Source of the DNA: Octopus vulgaris
Taxonomy: Eukaryota
Length of the DNA stretch: 64,000 nt
Direction: 5' to 3'
NCBI GenBank assembly: GCA_951406725.2
Contig: OX597833.1
Span: forward strand, 35,836,001 to 35,900,000
Below are positions 1 through 14,104 of the stretch, one piece after another. Position 1 is the stretch's first letter. Each line of letters opens with the position of its first letter. The notes beneath the pieces are model-generated. The model was not told where the DNA came from, ran no database searches, and was given only the letters and a program-made list of their open reading frames with translations. Position numbers and translations under genes: made by a program.

Positions 1-527
1 TCATATTTATTAGGTGGTATGATTTCTTGTTTGTATTTGTCAGCTTCCTTAAATACTGAGAACAGTTTTTTGTTTTGCTCGTGTTTTGCTGCTATTTGTA
101 TCAGTTTTCCTTCCTTCTGAAGTAGATATTTTTGCAGTCCTATGGTGGTTATTTTATAGTAGTTTTCCAGCTGTATAAGGCCTCTACCACCTTCTATACG
201 TTGTATATATAGTCTTTCTATGTCATATTTTGGGTGATGCATCCTAGATCCTGTCATTATTTTTCTTGTTTTCCTATCTATTTTGGTCAGTTCATTTAGT
301 GTCCAGTTAAGGATATTGTAGCTGTAACGTATAACTGGGACAGCTAAAGTGTTAATACCTATTGTCTTGTTTTTAGCATTGAGCTCTGTTTTCAGCATTG
401 ATCTAACTCGTCTATAATATTATTTTTTTATTTTCTCTTTCATTTGTGTGTGTTGTGTCTTATCTAGTTCATGGATTCCTAAGTATTTGTAAGTTTGGCT
501 TTGGTCTAATTCTTTTATTTCATTGGT
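1..527 (-). mobile_element. R4/Dong-like (RLE-type) non-LTR retrotransposon, RT C-terminal/thumb fragment, 5'-truncated, continues off the window
   Basis: Minus strand reads KELDQSQTYKYLGI..MKEKIKK*YYRRVRSMLKTELNAKNKTIGINTLAVPVIRYS..WTLNELTKIDRKTRKIMT..MHHPKYDIERLYIQRIEGGRGL. These are the YKYLG and LY.R.EGGRGL motifs of R4-clade RTs. One in-frame stop at 420-422; the 5' end abuts an (AAT)n tract. Confidence 0.85.
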
Positions 528-531
528 TTTA

Positions 532-592
<61 letters not shown>

Positions 593-633
593 TACTATTA
601 TTATTATTATTATTATTATTATTGCTGTTGATG

Positions 634-680
<47 letters not shown>
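528..680. repeat. (TTA)n followed by (TA)n microsatellite
   Basis: Directly visible. Confidence 0.95.
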
Positions 681-682
<2 letters not shown>

Positions 683-834
683 AATGTAAATGCATTTATA
701 TATATCCTTTAATGAGATTCATGAGAGCGCTCGTATTTGTGTGGGCATACATGTTTGTTTTATTCCTCAGGAGATATGTGTAGATTACATTCCTTTTAAA
801 TGGGGCTAAAGGGATTTCTTCGTCCGTATTGACT

Positions 835-1075
835 AGGAAATGAAAGCCAAGATGCCCGATATTGTTACGAAGGACAGGAAGGATGTTAAGTGTATTCTTA
901 TTGACATTGCACAACCTTCTGAAACGGTAGAAAAACATTCGTTAAAGTTTCAGAGAAACTTGTCAAGTACAAATAACTGGAGGTCGAAATCAACAGGTTG
1001 TAGAATATATAAACCGAAATATTACTAGTGGTCAGTGTAGCTCTAGAACTCATAAGAAAGTTCACCAGTGTACCA
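835..1075 (+). mobile_element. Decayed restriction-like endonuclease (RLE) domain of an R4-type LINE
   Basis: KAKMPDIVTKDRKDVKCILIDIAQPSE resembles the RPDIV..C..IDIAVP RLE motif; frameshifted downstream. Confidence 0.65.
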
Positions 1076-1374
1076 TCATCAAGTAGTGCAGACGATCGCA
1101 GTACTTGGAGCAGATCCTGTACGACGAAGTATACAGTCAATCAAATATCTTCCCCATTGCGCACCAGACAAATAATTTGTATTTGGTCTACAGGAACTGC
1201 AAAAGCATCAAGAACAACGCTGCAGTTATTTTTTATAACAAAGAGGATTCATGCATACAACAAAGATTTCAAAATGACTGTACTATAGGGGAAAATGCAT
1301 AAGTATTGTTTTATGAAAATCTGTAGTAAGGCAAAGGTGTCATGCAATTTACTGTGACATTAAAAACAGAAAAA

Positions 1375-1534
<160 letters not shown>

Positions 1535-2171
1535 AGAGGTCACTCGCCCACGACGAGAAGCTACTTTATGGGTTCGAACACCTTACAATTCAATGTAGTT
1601 GTAGTTGACATCCGTATTCTTTATGAATCTTATAGTTCACTCCATTTATCAACCAGCTCTCCTTTCTTGTTTTATGCAATTAGCATAACAGTACATGCGC
1701 ACGAGTGCATGTGTGTGTTTTAGGCACTAATATGATTATTTAGTTACGAAATTCACTTTGCAAATTTATGCTTCTAACTTCTATTCCATTTCATTGCTTT
1801 GCACTTCACACAAGCATTTTCATTTGATCTTTAAACGACTAATACGTGAAAGGGATTTGGTAGCCAGAATCTGCTGTCGAAAATGTGTGTGCGTGTAATA
1901 CACACACCACCATCACCCACTTATACATTGAAATAAATATATTTCATTTTATATTATACTGAGGCTGGGTGCATTTAATAAAACCCAAGCAGGGCCTTCT
2001 TTAGTAAAAGGAAATACATATGAATTAATATTCGAATCTATCTAGATTATGTAGACCTGCGGCATCGAAACTACGAAGTGTAAACGTTAATTTGAATTTC
2101 GCAGAAAGTGAAGTTCATCACTCGGTGCTTAGTGCTTAGGACATACGTCATCAGGTGCAGCTTGGAAAATA

Positions 2172-2337
2172 GGCGTAGGTGTGGCTGTTTGGTATGAAGT
2201 ACGTTTCCTAACCCCATGGTACCGGGTTCACTCCCTCTGCGTTGAAACTTGGCAAATGTCTTCTACTACAGCTTCAGGCCGACAAAAATCCTGTGAATGA
2301 ATTTGGTAGACAGAAATTGAAAGAAACCTCTTGTATA
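2172..2337 (+). mobile_element. SINE family A, degraded 5' half
   Basis: Similar to the head of the 40831 copy (ggcgtaggtgtggctgtttggt...gggttcactcc...atttggtagacagaaattgaaagaa). Confidence 0.7.
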
Positions 2338-2439
2338 AGTATGTTCTTTTCTTTGTCTTTTTAATTTAGAGTAAATTGTGACCGGCTACCAACTTGGTAG
2401 CAAGGTTTTGAAGGAAGCATCATGTTTTAACTATCATTC

Positions 2440-3300
2440 TTTAAGTCTTGCAAAGTCTTGCAAATTTATATACTCTCAGATATTATGATTATTTGTAGCA
2501 TTTGAATCAAAGATTTGCGTTCTCTCCCCAAGGACCCAAGTTCAGCCATACTTTGCTCCAGATAGGCTGGTATGTATTCTATTGCTCCAATAATTATAGG
2601 TATGAAGCCCAAAATGTGTCTTGAATACTGGATTTGCAAACTTCTTATCGATGGTCAGCAGATGTCCTCTTTTTCTTGTATTTTTCTAGCCATACTTGTG
2701 TCCAGAGAGCAGCTGATTTCCACAACACAACATATATTTTCCTTGAGGTCCCACACAACAATATCTGACTCGTTGTGTTTTAATTAGTAGCTGCTTTAAT
2801 TTCTAAGTTCTATCAATATTCTTTTCACCAATCGGTCTCGATATAGTCAACTTCTATAGATGTTTTCTTTTTTGTTATCCTGTTCCAGCCTGTTCTGGCC
2901 ACCGCATAATGTGAAGATGTCTGGAATGCATTCTTTCACAGCTGTGGCAATAATATAGTTCATGGCTTCATTCCTGGTCTAGCACACTCGACATTTGTTT
3001 TCTGCCAACGTTTTCGGCCTTTTGATGTTGTAAATATTTGGCGGGGATCTCTCGTTCTTGGATTGCATATATGCAGCCTTCGAAGTGGCATTTCATAAAC
3101 TTGTCACTAATCCATGCCAAGCTTTTAACCTGATGAACTCCTATGTGTTTGTGCTTTTCGTGCAAACTACACATATAGCATTTTCTCAGTCAACTGTTTC
3201 ATTTTTTATTCTGTTGTTCTTATAATTAAATTTTACCAATGATTCTTTGGGATAAGTCTGTATCAGTTCTTTCATATATATTCACAAGTTCATTAGCTGT
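2440..3300 (-). mobile_element. Decayed RLE-type LINE 3' region (zinc-knuckle/RLE)
   Basis: Minus-strand peptides FEGCIYAIQERE, KHNESDIVVWDLKENICCVVEISCSLD and GFIPIIIGAIEY..LIQMLQ..ICKTL; homologous to 9400-10100 and 63070-63650. Confidence 0.75.
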
Positions 3301-3587
3301 CATAATTATATTGTTGATTTCAGGGTCATAAACATGGGCAAAATAGTTCTTTCATGGTCACAATTCGGTGCAATATACAGGGAAAACATAAGGAATGGGC
3401 AATCAGTACATGCCACAGTTTTTATGTCAAATGAAAGATATCGAAGAATCCACTCCATTAGGGTCACTCAGATAACAAATGGGTGTATGCCATGCCCGTT
3501 CACTTCCCAATTATATGCACCATACTCACATACATGCATACAATATATATGTATGAGTGTGTGTATAAATATAAATTTACATGTATG

Positions 3588-3633
<46 letters not shown>

Positions 3634-3634
3634 C

Positions 3635-3692
<58 letters not shown>

Positions 3693-3732
3693 ATGTATAT
3701 GTATCTCTCTCTCTCTCTCTCTCTCAATATAT

Positions 3733-3780
<48 letters not shown>

Positions 3781-3783
<3 letters not shown>

Positions 3784-4881
3784 TTTATTTATTTAGTTTC
3801 AGCTCACAAGCTGTGGCCATGCTGGGGCACCGCCATTTGGTGTTGCTACATGATTTTAATTCACGAATGCTTTTTAGCAATTGCCATCTGGTGCATGAGA
3901 GAGTTCGATGCAGCTGCCCTCATCTGCACCTCCTGCCGTGAAGTTGGTTCATCTGGGACACCTGACAAGAAGAGATCCAGTTTCATTTTAAAGACATCTG
4001 CATCCACCCCATGCAGGTCTCTTAGGTTCTTCGGGAGGATATTAAAGAACTGTGGTCCTCGGAAGCCCAGGCTATCACAGTATCTTGTCCTACATCTTGA
4101 CAGCAAATTTGGAGTCCTTGGCACTATGCAGTGGCGCCCAGTTCTGGCATTTGTGTAACTCTCGATGCCAAAGTTTGGGACAAGTCCTTCTAGGATCTTC
4201 CAGATGTATATTATGGCATATCTTTCTCGCCTACGCCCTAAGGAATAGAGTCTCAATCTCTTGAGTCTTTCCCAATAGCTTATATGCTGCACAGAGGCTA
4301 TCTGCTTCGTGTAGCTTCGTTGGATCGCCTCAAGTTCTGTGATTAACTTGACACTGGATGGTGACCATAGCTGAGAGCAATAGTCAAAGTGGCTTAGGAC
4401 AAGTGTCCTCCAGAGGACCATCATGGTTTCCTGGTCTCTTGTTCTAAAGGTTCTAAGAATCCATCCGGTCAGTCGCCTACATTTCATTGCCAATTTAGCA
4501 ACATGCACATGAAAGGCTGCATCATCACTCATGTAAATACCCAAGTCTCGCACTGATTGTGTCTCTGGGATTGCAATCCCTCCAGGTCCAGTGTATTTAC
4601 TGGGTATTGCATTTAGTTTTGCATGCTGATAGTATAAAGCTTGAAACTTTTCAGCATTGAACTGCATGCTATTCTTTTCAGCCCACTTGTATATTTTGTC
4701 CAGCTCACATTGCAGGTGCTCAGTGTCTTCAGGGTTCTGTATTGCCTGTGAAACTTTTGTATCATCTGCATAACTTGTGATCGTGGCTCTCTGCGTGGTT
4801 GAGGGCATGTCTGAGAGGGCCATTATGAACTGTAGTGGTCCCTGAACAGTGCCTTGCGGAACACCGCTCACTATTTGCGTG

Positions 4882-4884
<3 letters not shown>
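3781..4884 (-). mobile_element. 5'-truncated CR1/L2-group LINE with open RT C-terminal frame (3861-~4884) and intact 3' tail
   Basis: SGVPQGTVQGPLQF, YADDTK, FNAEKF, VRDLGI, DYCSQLWSP and LEAIQR..SYWERLKRLRLYSL motifs, with no stops over about 340 aa. Short 3' UTR ending in an A-rich tail; (TA)n on both sides. Confidence 0.92.
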
Positions 4885-4916
<32 letters not shown>

Positions 4917-6075
4917 ATACATACATATGTGCGTGTGTGTGTGTATTAAAATAGGTACATTTCTGCTTTTGAAACTATATACAAAAGTTGATACTTATTT
5001 TACTGCACATCAAATTGATGCATTTAATTTCATTATTTCTTCTGTTTTCATAGCTCTATTCATGCTTTCACTTCAGAGTGTACGTACTGAACACACATAT
5101 TCATCCAGTATCGTTGATTTTTTTTTTTACATAAAATATATATTTTCCACTATTTTATCTTTATATGAAAATTCTTCGTTCTGTCATAGTTTTGATTTGT
5201 TACCTGAGAAACAAATTTAACTTTTCTTTGTAACTATGTATATTTTTGTCTGTATGCTTCATATATATATGTGATGTGTGTGTGTGCACGTGTATGTATG
5301 TATTTACATACACGCATACACACATGTGTACACACAAACATGCACACACACAATCACACACATACACATACACACACATGCACGCACGTGAGTCTTGTAA
5401 TTATTTTATCAATCAGTACGGTTATTGTTAATTTCCCTCAGATAAGTAGTTATTATCATACCTTTGGCACTGATCAAATCGTATCATTTTATTGCTGCCA
5501 GCTACAATCTTCTGAACTAGAATTTTCTATATTAAAGCTGCCCGACCCCATACGACAAGGATCATGTAATTATGTGTTTTCTTTGTCTAATTTATCAATC
5601 AGCCGCTATATATATTTCAATCACCATGCCGTCCCTTAGTCGTATTCTCTGCTGCCCACCGTGTCCATGTCAGCGCTTGTGAATGCATCGAAGATAGCAA
5701 TGAAGTCTGCCGTAGAATGTATTATGCCCACTGTCAATGGCCACATTTACTATCGTTTATGATTACCATATTTAGAATAGTTATGCTAATTTGGTATAAT
5801 TTACTAACTTACGCTTGGCATGAGAATAAGATTTCTATAATGTACTCTACTATTTAGCAACATGTTTAGTATAACCGTACGTATACATTTAAAATCCGAC
5901 CCACCCTGGACGCTCTTATGCCTATGCCTCCAAACGAACAAGATTCTTCTCCTTACCCTCTGCAACCACTTTGCTAACACATCTTTCCCACGTATGTGCT
6001 GCCGCTAATTCTGTGACATGTCATTGCAATCTCTGCTGCATCCATTCTCTCATGGACTAAATACGAAGGAATAAG

Positions 6076-6120
<45 letters not shown>

Positions 6121-6446
6121 CTTTCTTTCTCTCCGTTTCTCTTTCCAAAGAAAAAATACATTGGCAGAAACGTCAGAACCTCTTATCCCAATTACGATAC
6201 AAGCAGAAGAGACTCCATTTTCAACGTTGCAGACTAATAGCCTACATAAATCTTGCAATTTTTTATCTTTTGCTAAATGTGTGAGTGTATGTATGTGTGT
6301 ATGTGTGCGCGCGCGTACGTGTGTGCGTGCGCATAAGTGTGTGGTGGCGTCGACAAGTACGGCTTCTCTTATGCATTCTAAGCATGGAGAAGCTTTTCCC
6401 TCTCCAAATGTGAACATACTCAAATTTAGGTGAGAACAGGAGATTG

Positions 6447-6498
<52 letters not shown>

Positions 6499-6510
6499 TA
6501 ATAATATAAT

Positions 6511-7067
6511 AAATGCCCTGATGCAGTACCAGGCAGTGGCTCTCATGGCTTCTGATCTTAACTGATTGGAAGTGTTATCATGTACATTGTTTTGTCTTGG
6601 TATAAAGATGGGCTACAGCAAATATTCTGCTCAATACCACAGATTTGCTTGTCAGTTGTTTGACCTTAACCAGTTGAGCATGTCCCTTAGTGGCTGACGA
6701 TATGTGCATCTCTGATCACGAGCAGAAGTAGTGGGGGAGCATCATAGCCATGTGTTGAGAGGGATTCTTTGGGGTTTGAATAATTCACCTCTAGAAACAT
6801 GGGTGTTTCGTTCAACGTCCTTAAACAACCCTTATTCAGGGACCTTTTGAGCGGGATGGGTTACTCGATCTGAAGAAAATTCTAACTGGGCTCCACCTGC
6901 AAGGTCATGTGCTGTTTATCTTGATATGAGATCACCATGTCGCGCACATATGGTTGTGATGCATGTACCTGGTGTACCCTTATCAGACGGGTAGTCATGA
7001 TGGGTATACTGGGCTTCGTATATTTTACCCCAGTGTCACTTTGATGGCATGCTCTGCTCGCTCACTC
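6511..7067 (+). mobile_element. Non-coding retroelement 3' segment ending in (AAT)n, copy 1
   Basis: About 560 bp flanked by (AAT)n on both sides; closely similar to 7091-7569 and 29356-29510. Family assignment is inference. Confidence 0.7.
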
Positions 7068-7090
7068 AATAATAATAATAATAATAATAA

Positions 7091-7569
7091 GTTTTGTCTT
7101 GGTATAAAAGATGGCCTACAGCAAATATTCTGCTCAATACCACAGATTTGTTTGTCAGTTGTTTGACCTTAACCAGTTGACCATGTCCCTTAGTGGCTGA
7201 CGATATGTGCATTTCTGACCATGAGCAGAAGTAGTGGGGGAACAACATAGCTGTGTGTTGAAAGGAATTCTTAGAGGTTTGGATAATTCACCTTTGGAAA
7301 CATGGTTGGTTCGTTCAACAGCCTTAAGCAATCCTTATTCATGGACTTTTTGAGTGGGATGGGTTACTCGACCAGAAGAAAATTCTAACTGGGCCCCAAC
7401 TGCAAGGTTATGTGCTGTGTATCTTGATAGGAGATCACCATGTCGCTCACATATGGTTGTGATGCATGTGCCTGGTATACCCTTATCAGACAGGTAGACA
7501 TGATGGGTATACTGGTCTTCGTATATTTTACCCCAGTGTCACTTTGATGGCATGCACTGCTCTCTCACT
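7091..7569 (+). mobile_element. Same (AAT)n-tailed element, copy 2 (more 5'-truncated)
   Basis: Colinear with 6589-7067, separated from copy 1 only by a short (AAT)n run, followed by a long (AAT)n. Confidence 0.7.
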
Positions 7570-7991
<422 letters not shown>

Positions 7992-8593
7992 AATACAACA
8001 ACAACACCAACAATGATAATAATAACAATCATAATAATTCTTCCAAGTTTTGGTACAAGGCCAGCATAGGGTAAGTCGATTACCTCGCCCACAAGTGCTC
8101 AACCTTGGTGAAATTTGACATCAGAACGTAAAGATAGACGAAATGCCACTAAATAGCATGCCCGGCGCAGTACCTATGCATGCGTGTGCGTATATAAGTG
8201 TACATATATAATCTTATATATCTCATATCTTTTCTCTTTTCAAGGAAAATTTTTCTTCCAGCGTTCACTATTTTCCTCTCGATCTGTTGTAACGATCCTC
8301 TATGTATGTTTTCGTTCGGTTTCCTTGTATGTCTCCACTGTCCTGCTTTTTTTCCCAACTTTGACCCTCTACAAATCAAAAATGTTATTTTGGAATTTAT
8401 GGACCAACTGTCTTCGAAGAATCATATTGTCGTTGAATGCTCGAAATGAGGAGTAGATAGACAGCCGACAACTGATGAAGGGTTTTTCTTTGTGTTACTT
8501 GTCCTGTTTTCCATTTTTTCTCTCGTTGTTTGCATATTTAACTCGTTTGTTTACGTACTTCATGTTGTTTACACAGGTGGTGACGTCTTGTAC

Positions 8594-8641
<48 letters not shown>

Positions 8642-8649
<8 letters not shown>

Positions 8650-8760
8650 TTAGAGATAAAAGCACTATTAGGCAAATCATACAATGAAAAACTTAAGCCA
8701 ATACATAGGTTTAAGTTTTGTATGATTTGCCTAATAGTGGTTTTATCTCTAATTTAATAT
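8642..8760. repeat. Near-perfect inverted repeat (fold-back) embedded in (TA)n
   Basis: 8642-8684 is the reverse complement of 8718-8760 with 1 mismatch; the inner aaaacttaagcc/ggtttaagtttt extends the stem. Confidence 0.9.
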
Positions 8761-8844
8761 AATATAATATTTTACTATAAAATTGGATTCAATCCTAAAC
8801 CTGATTTTTCCCTGTAAGTTTGGATTTATTCCCTAATATTTTAT

Positions 8845-8889
<45 letters not shown>

Positions 8890-9399
8890 GTATGTATGTA
8901 TATAAGTATTACTAGCTGAATAGCTCGTTGTTGCCGGGCAACTTTTACAATAGAATGTTTTATATAATTCTTTTGTTTATTCCATGTCAGATCATGCCTT
9001 CTCCGATAGATAGAACTCTTGATTAGGGCAGAACTGTGTAAATTTTCTCAAAAAACTACGTTGAGGATTACATATATGTATGGATGCAATTATGTAAACG
9101 TGTGTGTGTCACTGTGTACACATGCACACAGATCTTTTGTATACTAAATATTAATTTTAAAATATGGTATATTTGCTGATGTTATATTCATTTAAAGCTT
9201 TTCGTATATACGCATGTGTATAGGCGTGTGTCAATGTTTATATGTGTATGTATATATGTATGTATATTTGTATATATGCATATATGCGTGTCTCCTCTGT
9301 ATTTTTATCATTTAAATTCTCTTTCTGGAAATGTATTTGGTTTCTAACAAAGGTACAAAACTATCTTTGGAAAGTATATAACAAAAACAATGAGAAAAG

Positions 9400-10100
9400 T
9401 CTTGCATTGTTTTACTGTTCCGCTTACAGATTGTATTTGCAATGTGCGAATCAGTTGGTTTATTTCTTTTTCTGAAAGCCCCAAGCTTATTCAAACTGAT
9501 AGTTATTTACAAGAATCAAATACTCCAATTATTATTGGTATAAACTTAAATTTGTAATCCGGATATAGATGCTAGAGGTTTCGAAACAGCTGTCCATAGT
9601 TATCTATTTTCTCTTTGATTTTCAAAGAGATAGTCACATTAGCAGGACATCTGACCTCTATGACGGTACTAACGTTTTCTTGTATGTCTCAAACAGTATC
9701 TGGCCTGTTATGGTTACTCTTGATGGGATTGTTTCACCAGTATTCCTTCGCTTCAAGTCATTATTACTATTTTCTTCAAGTCTACGAGATACATACCCGT
9801 ACATAGTCTTTGTTTTGTTTTTTTTTTGGTATGCTGAAAGTTTGCCTAACAGGTCTTCTTGGAGGTATGGTTGTCCGTCTAATTTGGGATTGTATGGAAG
9901 GCCATCAGGAAGAGAGTACTTCAACAATTAAATAAAACCATTTCTTCTGGCCAAATTCCATTCCTATGTCAGCTGAGAATGTTGTTATTAATTCCATTTG
10001 TTTTTGACATTGTTAACGTTTTCAGTATTAATCTTAAGGTCATCAACAAAGAAATTATGGGTTACAGTGATATCACTTGCAGTTTTAGACCCCAGCATGC
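9400..10100 (-). mobile_element. Internally deleted R4-type LINE (RT core plus RLE C-terminus)
   Basis: Minus strand: THNFFVDDLK..FSADIGMEFGQKK (RT), then YGQLFRNL*HLYPDYKFKFIPIIIG..LIRTLQIQSVSGTVKQCKTFL (C-terminus). Confidence 0.75.
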
Positions 10101-10107
10101 AACTATT

Positions 10108-10216
<109 letters not shown>

Positions 10217-10787
10217 GAAAGGAGTTTTCGTCAACTGATGTAACATAATAGGTATGTACTATGAGTGCTTGGTTTGGTTTACCACTAAAACTCGCTTTCA
10301 GCTGCAACTGAAAGTATGATGTTGAGATTGCCTATCAGAAACCACTAGAAGTGCCTTCTCCTTGAGCAGTTAAATATAGATTAAAGTAAAAGTGAAAAGG
10401 CAAAACTTTGGAAAAAGACATTTAATTTAGATAAAGAATATAAACATAAAATCTCTTACAGCTGTTTATCTAATGGCCAATCATGTGGATCAACTATATT
10501 CACACTATATTGAATAGTATATATGTACCCAACCACATCTGCTTGTCTCTCTTTCTTCCACACTGTAGTATAAGATTCCTATTTAACCCTCATTTATTCT
10601 CTATTCAAAATTGGAACTGCTAACTTCCACTATTCTTTCCCGTGGATTATCATTGAACATTCTAATTTGAAATTCCTAATGAACTGTATTATTTAGTTGA
10701 ACATAGAACTACGTAACGCATACCTATTTTACTCTAATACTTCCCCACTTTTGACAAACTTGAATATATTTATTATCCTTATATATA

Positions 10788-10856
<69 letters not shown>

Positions 10857-11027
10857 ATATGTATATATGTATATATAACCAGCCGAAATTTCAAAGATAA
10901 TATGCAACACGACTGAGGAAAGAAAACTCCGAATGACCCGTCCTTGTTTTCCAAAACGTCTATCTGGATGTTTTGTTGTCCCTTTTTTATATCACCTGTC
11001 TGGATGTTTTGCGTTCTTGTCCCATTT

Positions 11028-11065
<38 letters not shown>

Positions 11066-11134
11066 CATGAATATGGTTCAACAAACGAACTCACATAAAG
11101 AATCTTGCAAACCAAATCCAAAAACGATATATAC

Positions 11135-11225
<91 letters not shown>

Positions 11226-11386
11226 GTGACAATTAGTTGGTTGTCATAATAAGACTCTGAGTTTTGGATACCGTGGCTGATGTCTGCTCCGGCATCACAT
11301 CAGTCATTAAAAACAGAACCATTAATAATGTATATATATATATGTATGTATGCATGTATGTATGTATGTATGTATGTATATAGATG

Positions 11387-11431
<45 letters not shown>

Positions 11432-11649
11432 TCACACATACATATATAATAACGTTATATACATGCCTACACATCGATATATCTGTGTGTATCTCTCATC
11501 ATATATTGTCGAACAACAACCATATTCATGTGTATGTGTATTTATATCCCCATATATACACTAATATGCATACACACACATACGCGCACACATTCACACG
11601 TACACGCGCGCGTGCACACACACACACATACACACACGTGTATGAGTGT

Positions 11650-11714
<65 letters not shown>

Positions 11715-13313
11715 TGTATAATTATGTAGCATAATGTATTGTGGAAAGTAGGTCACCGTGTCTTTGAAGTAACGGTTTCTCCAGATAAGTGATATTGGTA
11801 GTTATGTTTGCGGGTGAAGGGTTGGGATTCTAGGAGACTGATTTCTCATTTTGCTCATTCCCACACACTGGCTGGTGTAGAGACGAAATTGGGACATCCT
11901 TTTTTTTTTTCATTGGTAAACTAATCTAGGTAACGCCTACTTTCAACAACCAATAATTGTTTTGGTGGGCCGTCTAAGAAAGTTACAACATCACCATCAC
12001 CACCACCACCACCACCACCACCACCACCACCACCACCACTAGTGATTTTACTGTCACCTCTATCCTCACTATTATAAATTATAATAATAATAATAATGAT
12101 GGTAACCGTTTCTTTGCTTGGCCGATAAGGAGTCGTTACTAAAACAAATGAGAACAATGATGAGATTTGCATAGAATTAATCATTCATAAGGAAGGGTGT
12201 GGAGAAAATTAAATGTAATTTCCTAGTACGAAGTAGCTACTTGGATTTAATTAAGCTGGGAAACTCCAAAATCCCGAATTACACCTCTTTTTAAGAGAAA
12301 GCGGCTTGTCTCAAATGCGTTCTCCTGCAGAGTAGGTTCATTCACTTGAAACCATCAAACGAGTTTCACCAATCTTTCAGCAAATTTAGCTCGAGATCAT
12401 CTCATCCGCTTCCTCTTAACTTCTCCTTTAAGTCGACTTTGAAGAAGCTGATGGAGTATGGACTGAAATGGAAAGCCATAAGTCACTTCAATATTGTCCA
12501 GACAGGGGCTAATTGCTCATCTTCTAACCAAAAGAAGGCAGTAAGATGATCTATACCAGGAGTTCTCATCTACTTTTTATCTATGAACATCTTCGATTAT
12601 TATTTCCTTCTGGTGCCCCCACTCCAGCTATTCGATGTTTAATAGCTAGTTTTATGGAAGCTTTTAAATTCCTATTTTGCTTTATCACACACTCACTTTA
12701 GTAGGTTGAACTATGTGAAATTTCAGAGAAAGAAACCTAGCTGCTTCTTGCAAAACATCTAAAGCAGAATCTTTTTCAGGCCCCCTTAAAATGCTACTTT
12801 GGATTCTAAATTTACTATTTTGTTGCATGGACCTCAAAAATTTTATGTGGAACTCCAGAAACCATATGGACCCGGCTGAGAACAACTGATCTGTACAGTG
12901 GACATGACTCACCCAACACTGCATAAACCAGGCACCATGCTATAACAAATTATAAACTATCAACTCTAAATAAATCATTACAACAAAAAAAACCTATTCC
13001 CAATAAGCAATATGAACAATAGATTCAGAAATTCAGTAATTATATAGGATAAAACAAATGTATCAACGTTACTGTAAGAAAGTGGGAAAGTAAGTAAAAC
13101 TTGAAAACTTTGAAAAAATTTCAATACTGAAAATCAGTGAATAAAAAAGAGAACCACCCATGGAAGGTATGTACTATTAGTGCTGGGTTTGGTTTACCAC
13201 TAAAACTCGCTTAGCTTTTGATGGAAATGAAAAGGGCTGAAATGCTGACACTGGAGGTAGAAATACGAAAAGAGAACTTCAGATGAAGGAAGTTAATACT
13301 AAAATCTGCTACA

Positions 13314-13372
13314 GTAATAGCAGCAGCAGCAGCTGTGGTGGTGGTGGTGGTGGTTGTTTTGGTAGTAGTAGC

Positions 13373-13450
<78 letters not shown>

Positions 13451-13455
13451 GGTGC

Positions 13456-13486
<31 letters not shown>

Positions 13487-13609
13487 GGTGCTGGTGGTGG
13501 TGGTGGTCGTCGTCGTCGCAGTAGTAGTAGTCGTAGTAGTGGTAGTCGTAGTATTAGTAGCACAAGCAGCAGCAGCAGCAGCAGTAGCAGCAGCAGTAGC
13601 AGCAGCAGT

Positions 13610-13641
<32 letters not shown>

Positions 13642-13670
13642 TGGTGGTAGTAGTAGTAGTAGTAGTAGTG

Positions 13671-13715
<45 letters not shown>

Positions 13716-13716
13716 A
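13314..13716. repeat. Compound trinucleotide microsatellite (GCA/GGT/GTA/GTC)
   Basis: Directly visible. Confidence 0.95.
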
Positions 13717-14104
13717 TGTAGGAGTATGCACTGTAACAGCGCATCGCTGCATCCAACATTCCCCCATTTGTTAGTAATTCTTTCCTCCTAGCTGATGACA
13801 CCTTTGCACCACACAGGTGACAATCCTCCGACCCCTGAGTGTTTGGGGTAGTCGTTACTAGTGAGAGGTCGGAGTGCAAATCCTACCACAACCTCTTTTA
13901 ACTACCCTTCACGACACAAAGAGGAAACGTTGGGTTTGTTCTTTAACATACCGGTCCCCACGAACCTACAATACTATAGCCCATACAGATAAGATTACCT
14001 AATTTGTAAACAGGATGAGGGTGTCTGATTGAAATATTACTCTATTACAAAACTCTCTCGTCTACACTCTTCCACTCCACCTACCCCTGACTCTGCATAT
14101 ACAT

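Noticed and set aside
13440-13506. G-quadruplex from (GGT)n
   Set aside because: Only GG runs within a compound microsatellite; nothing indicates function.
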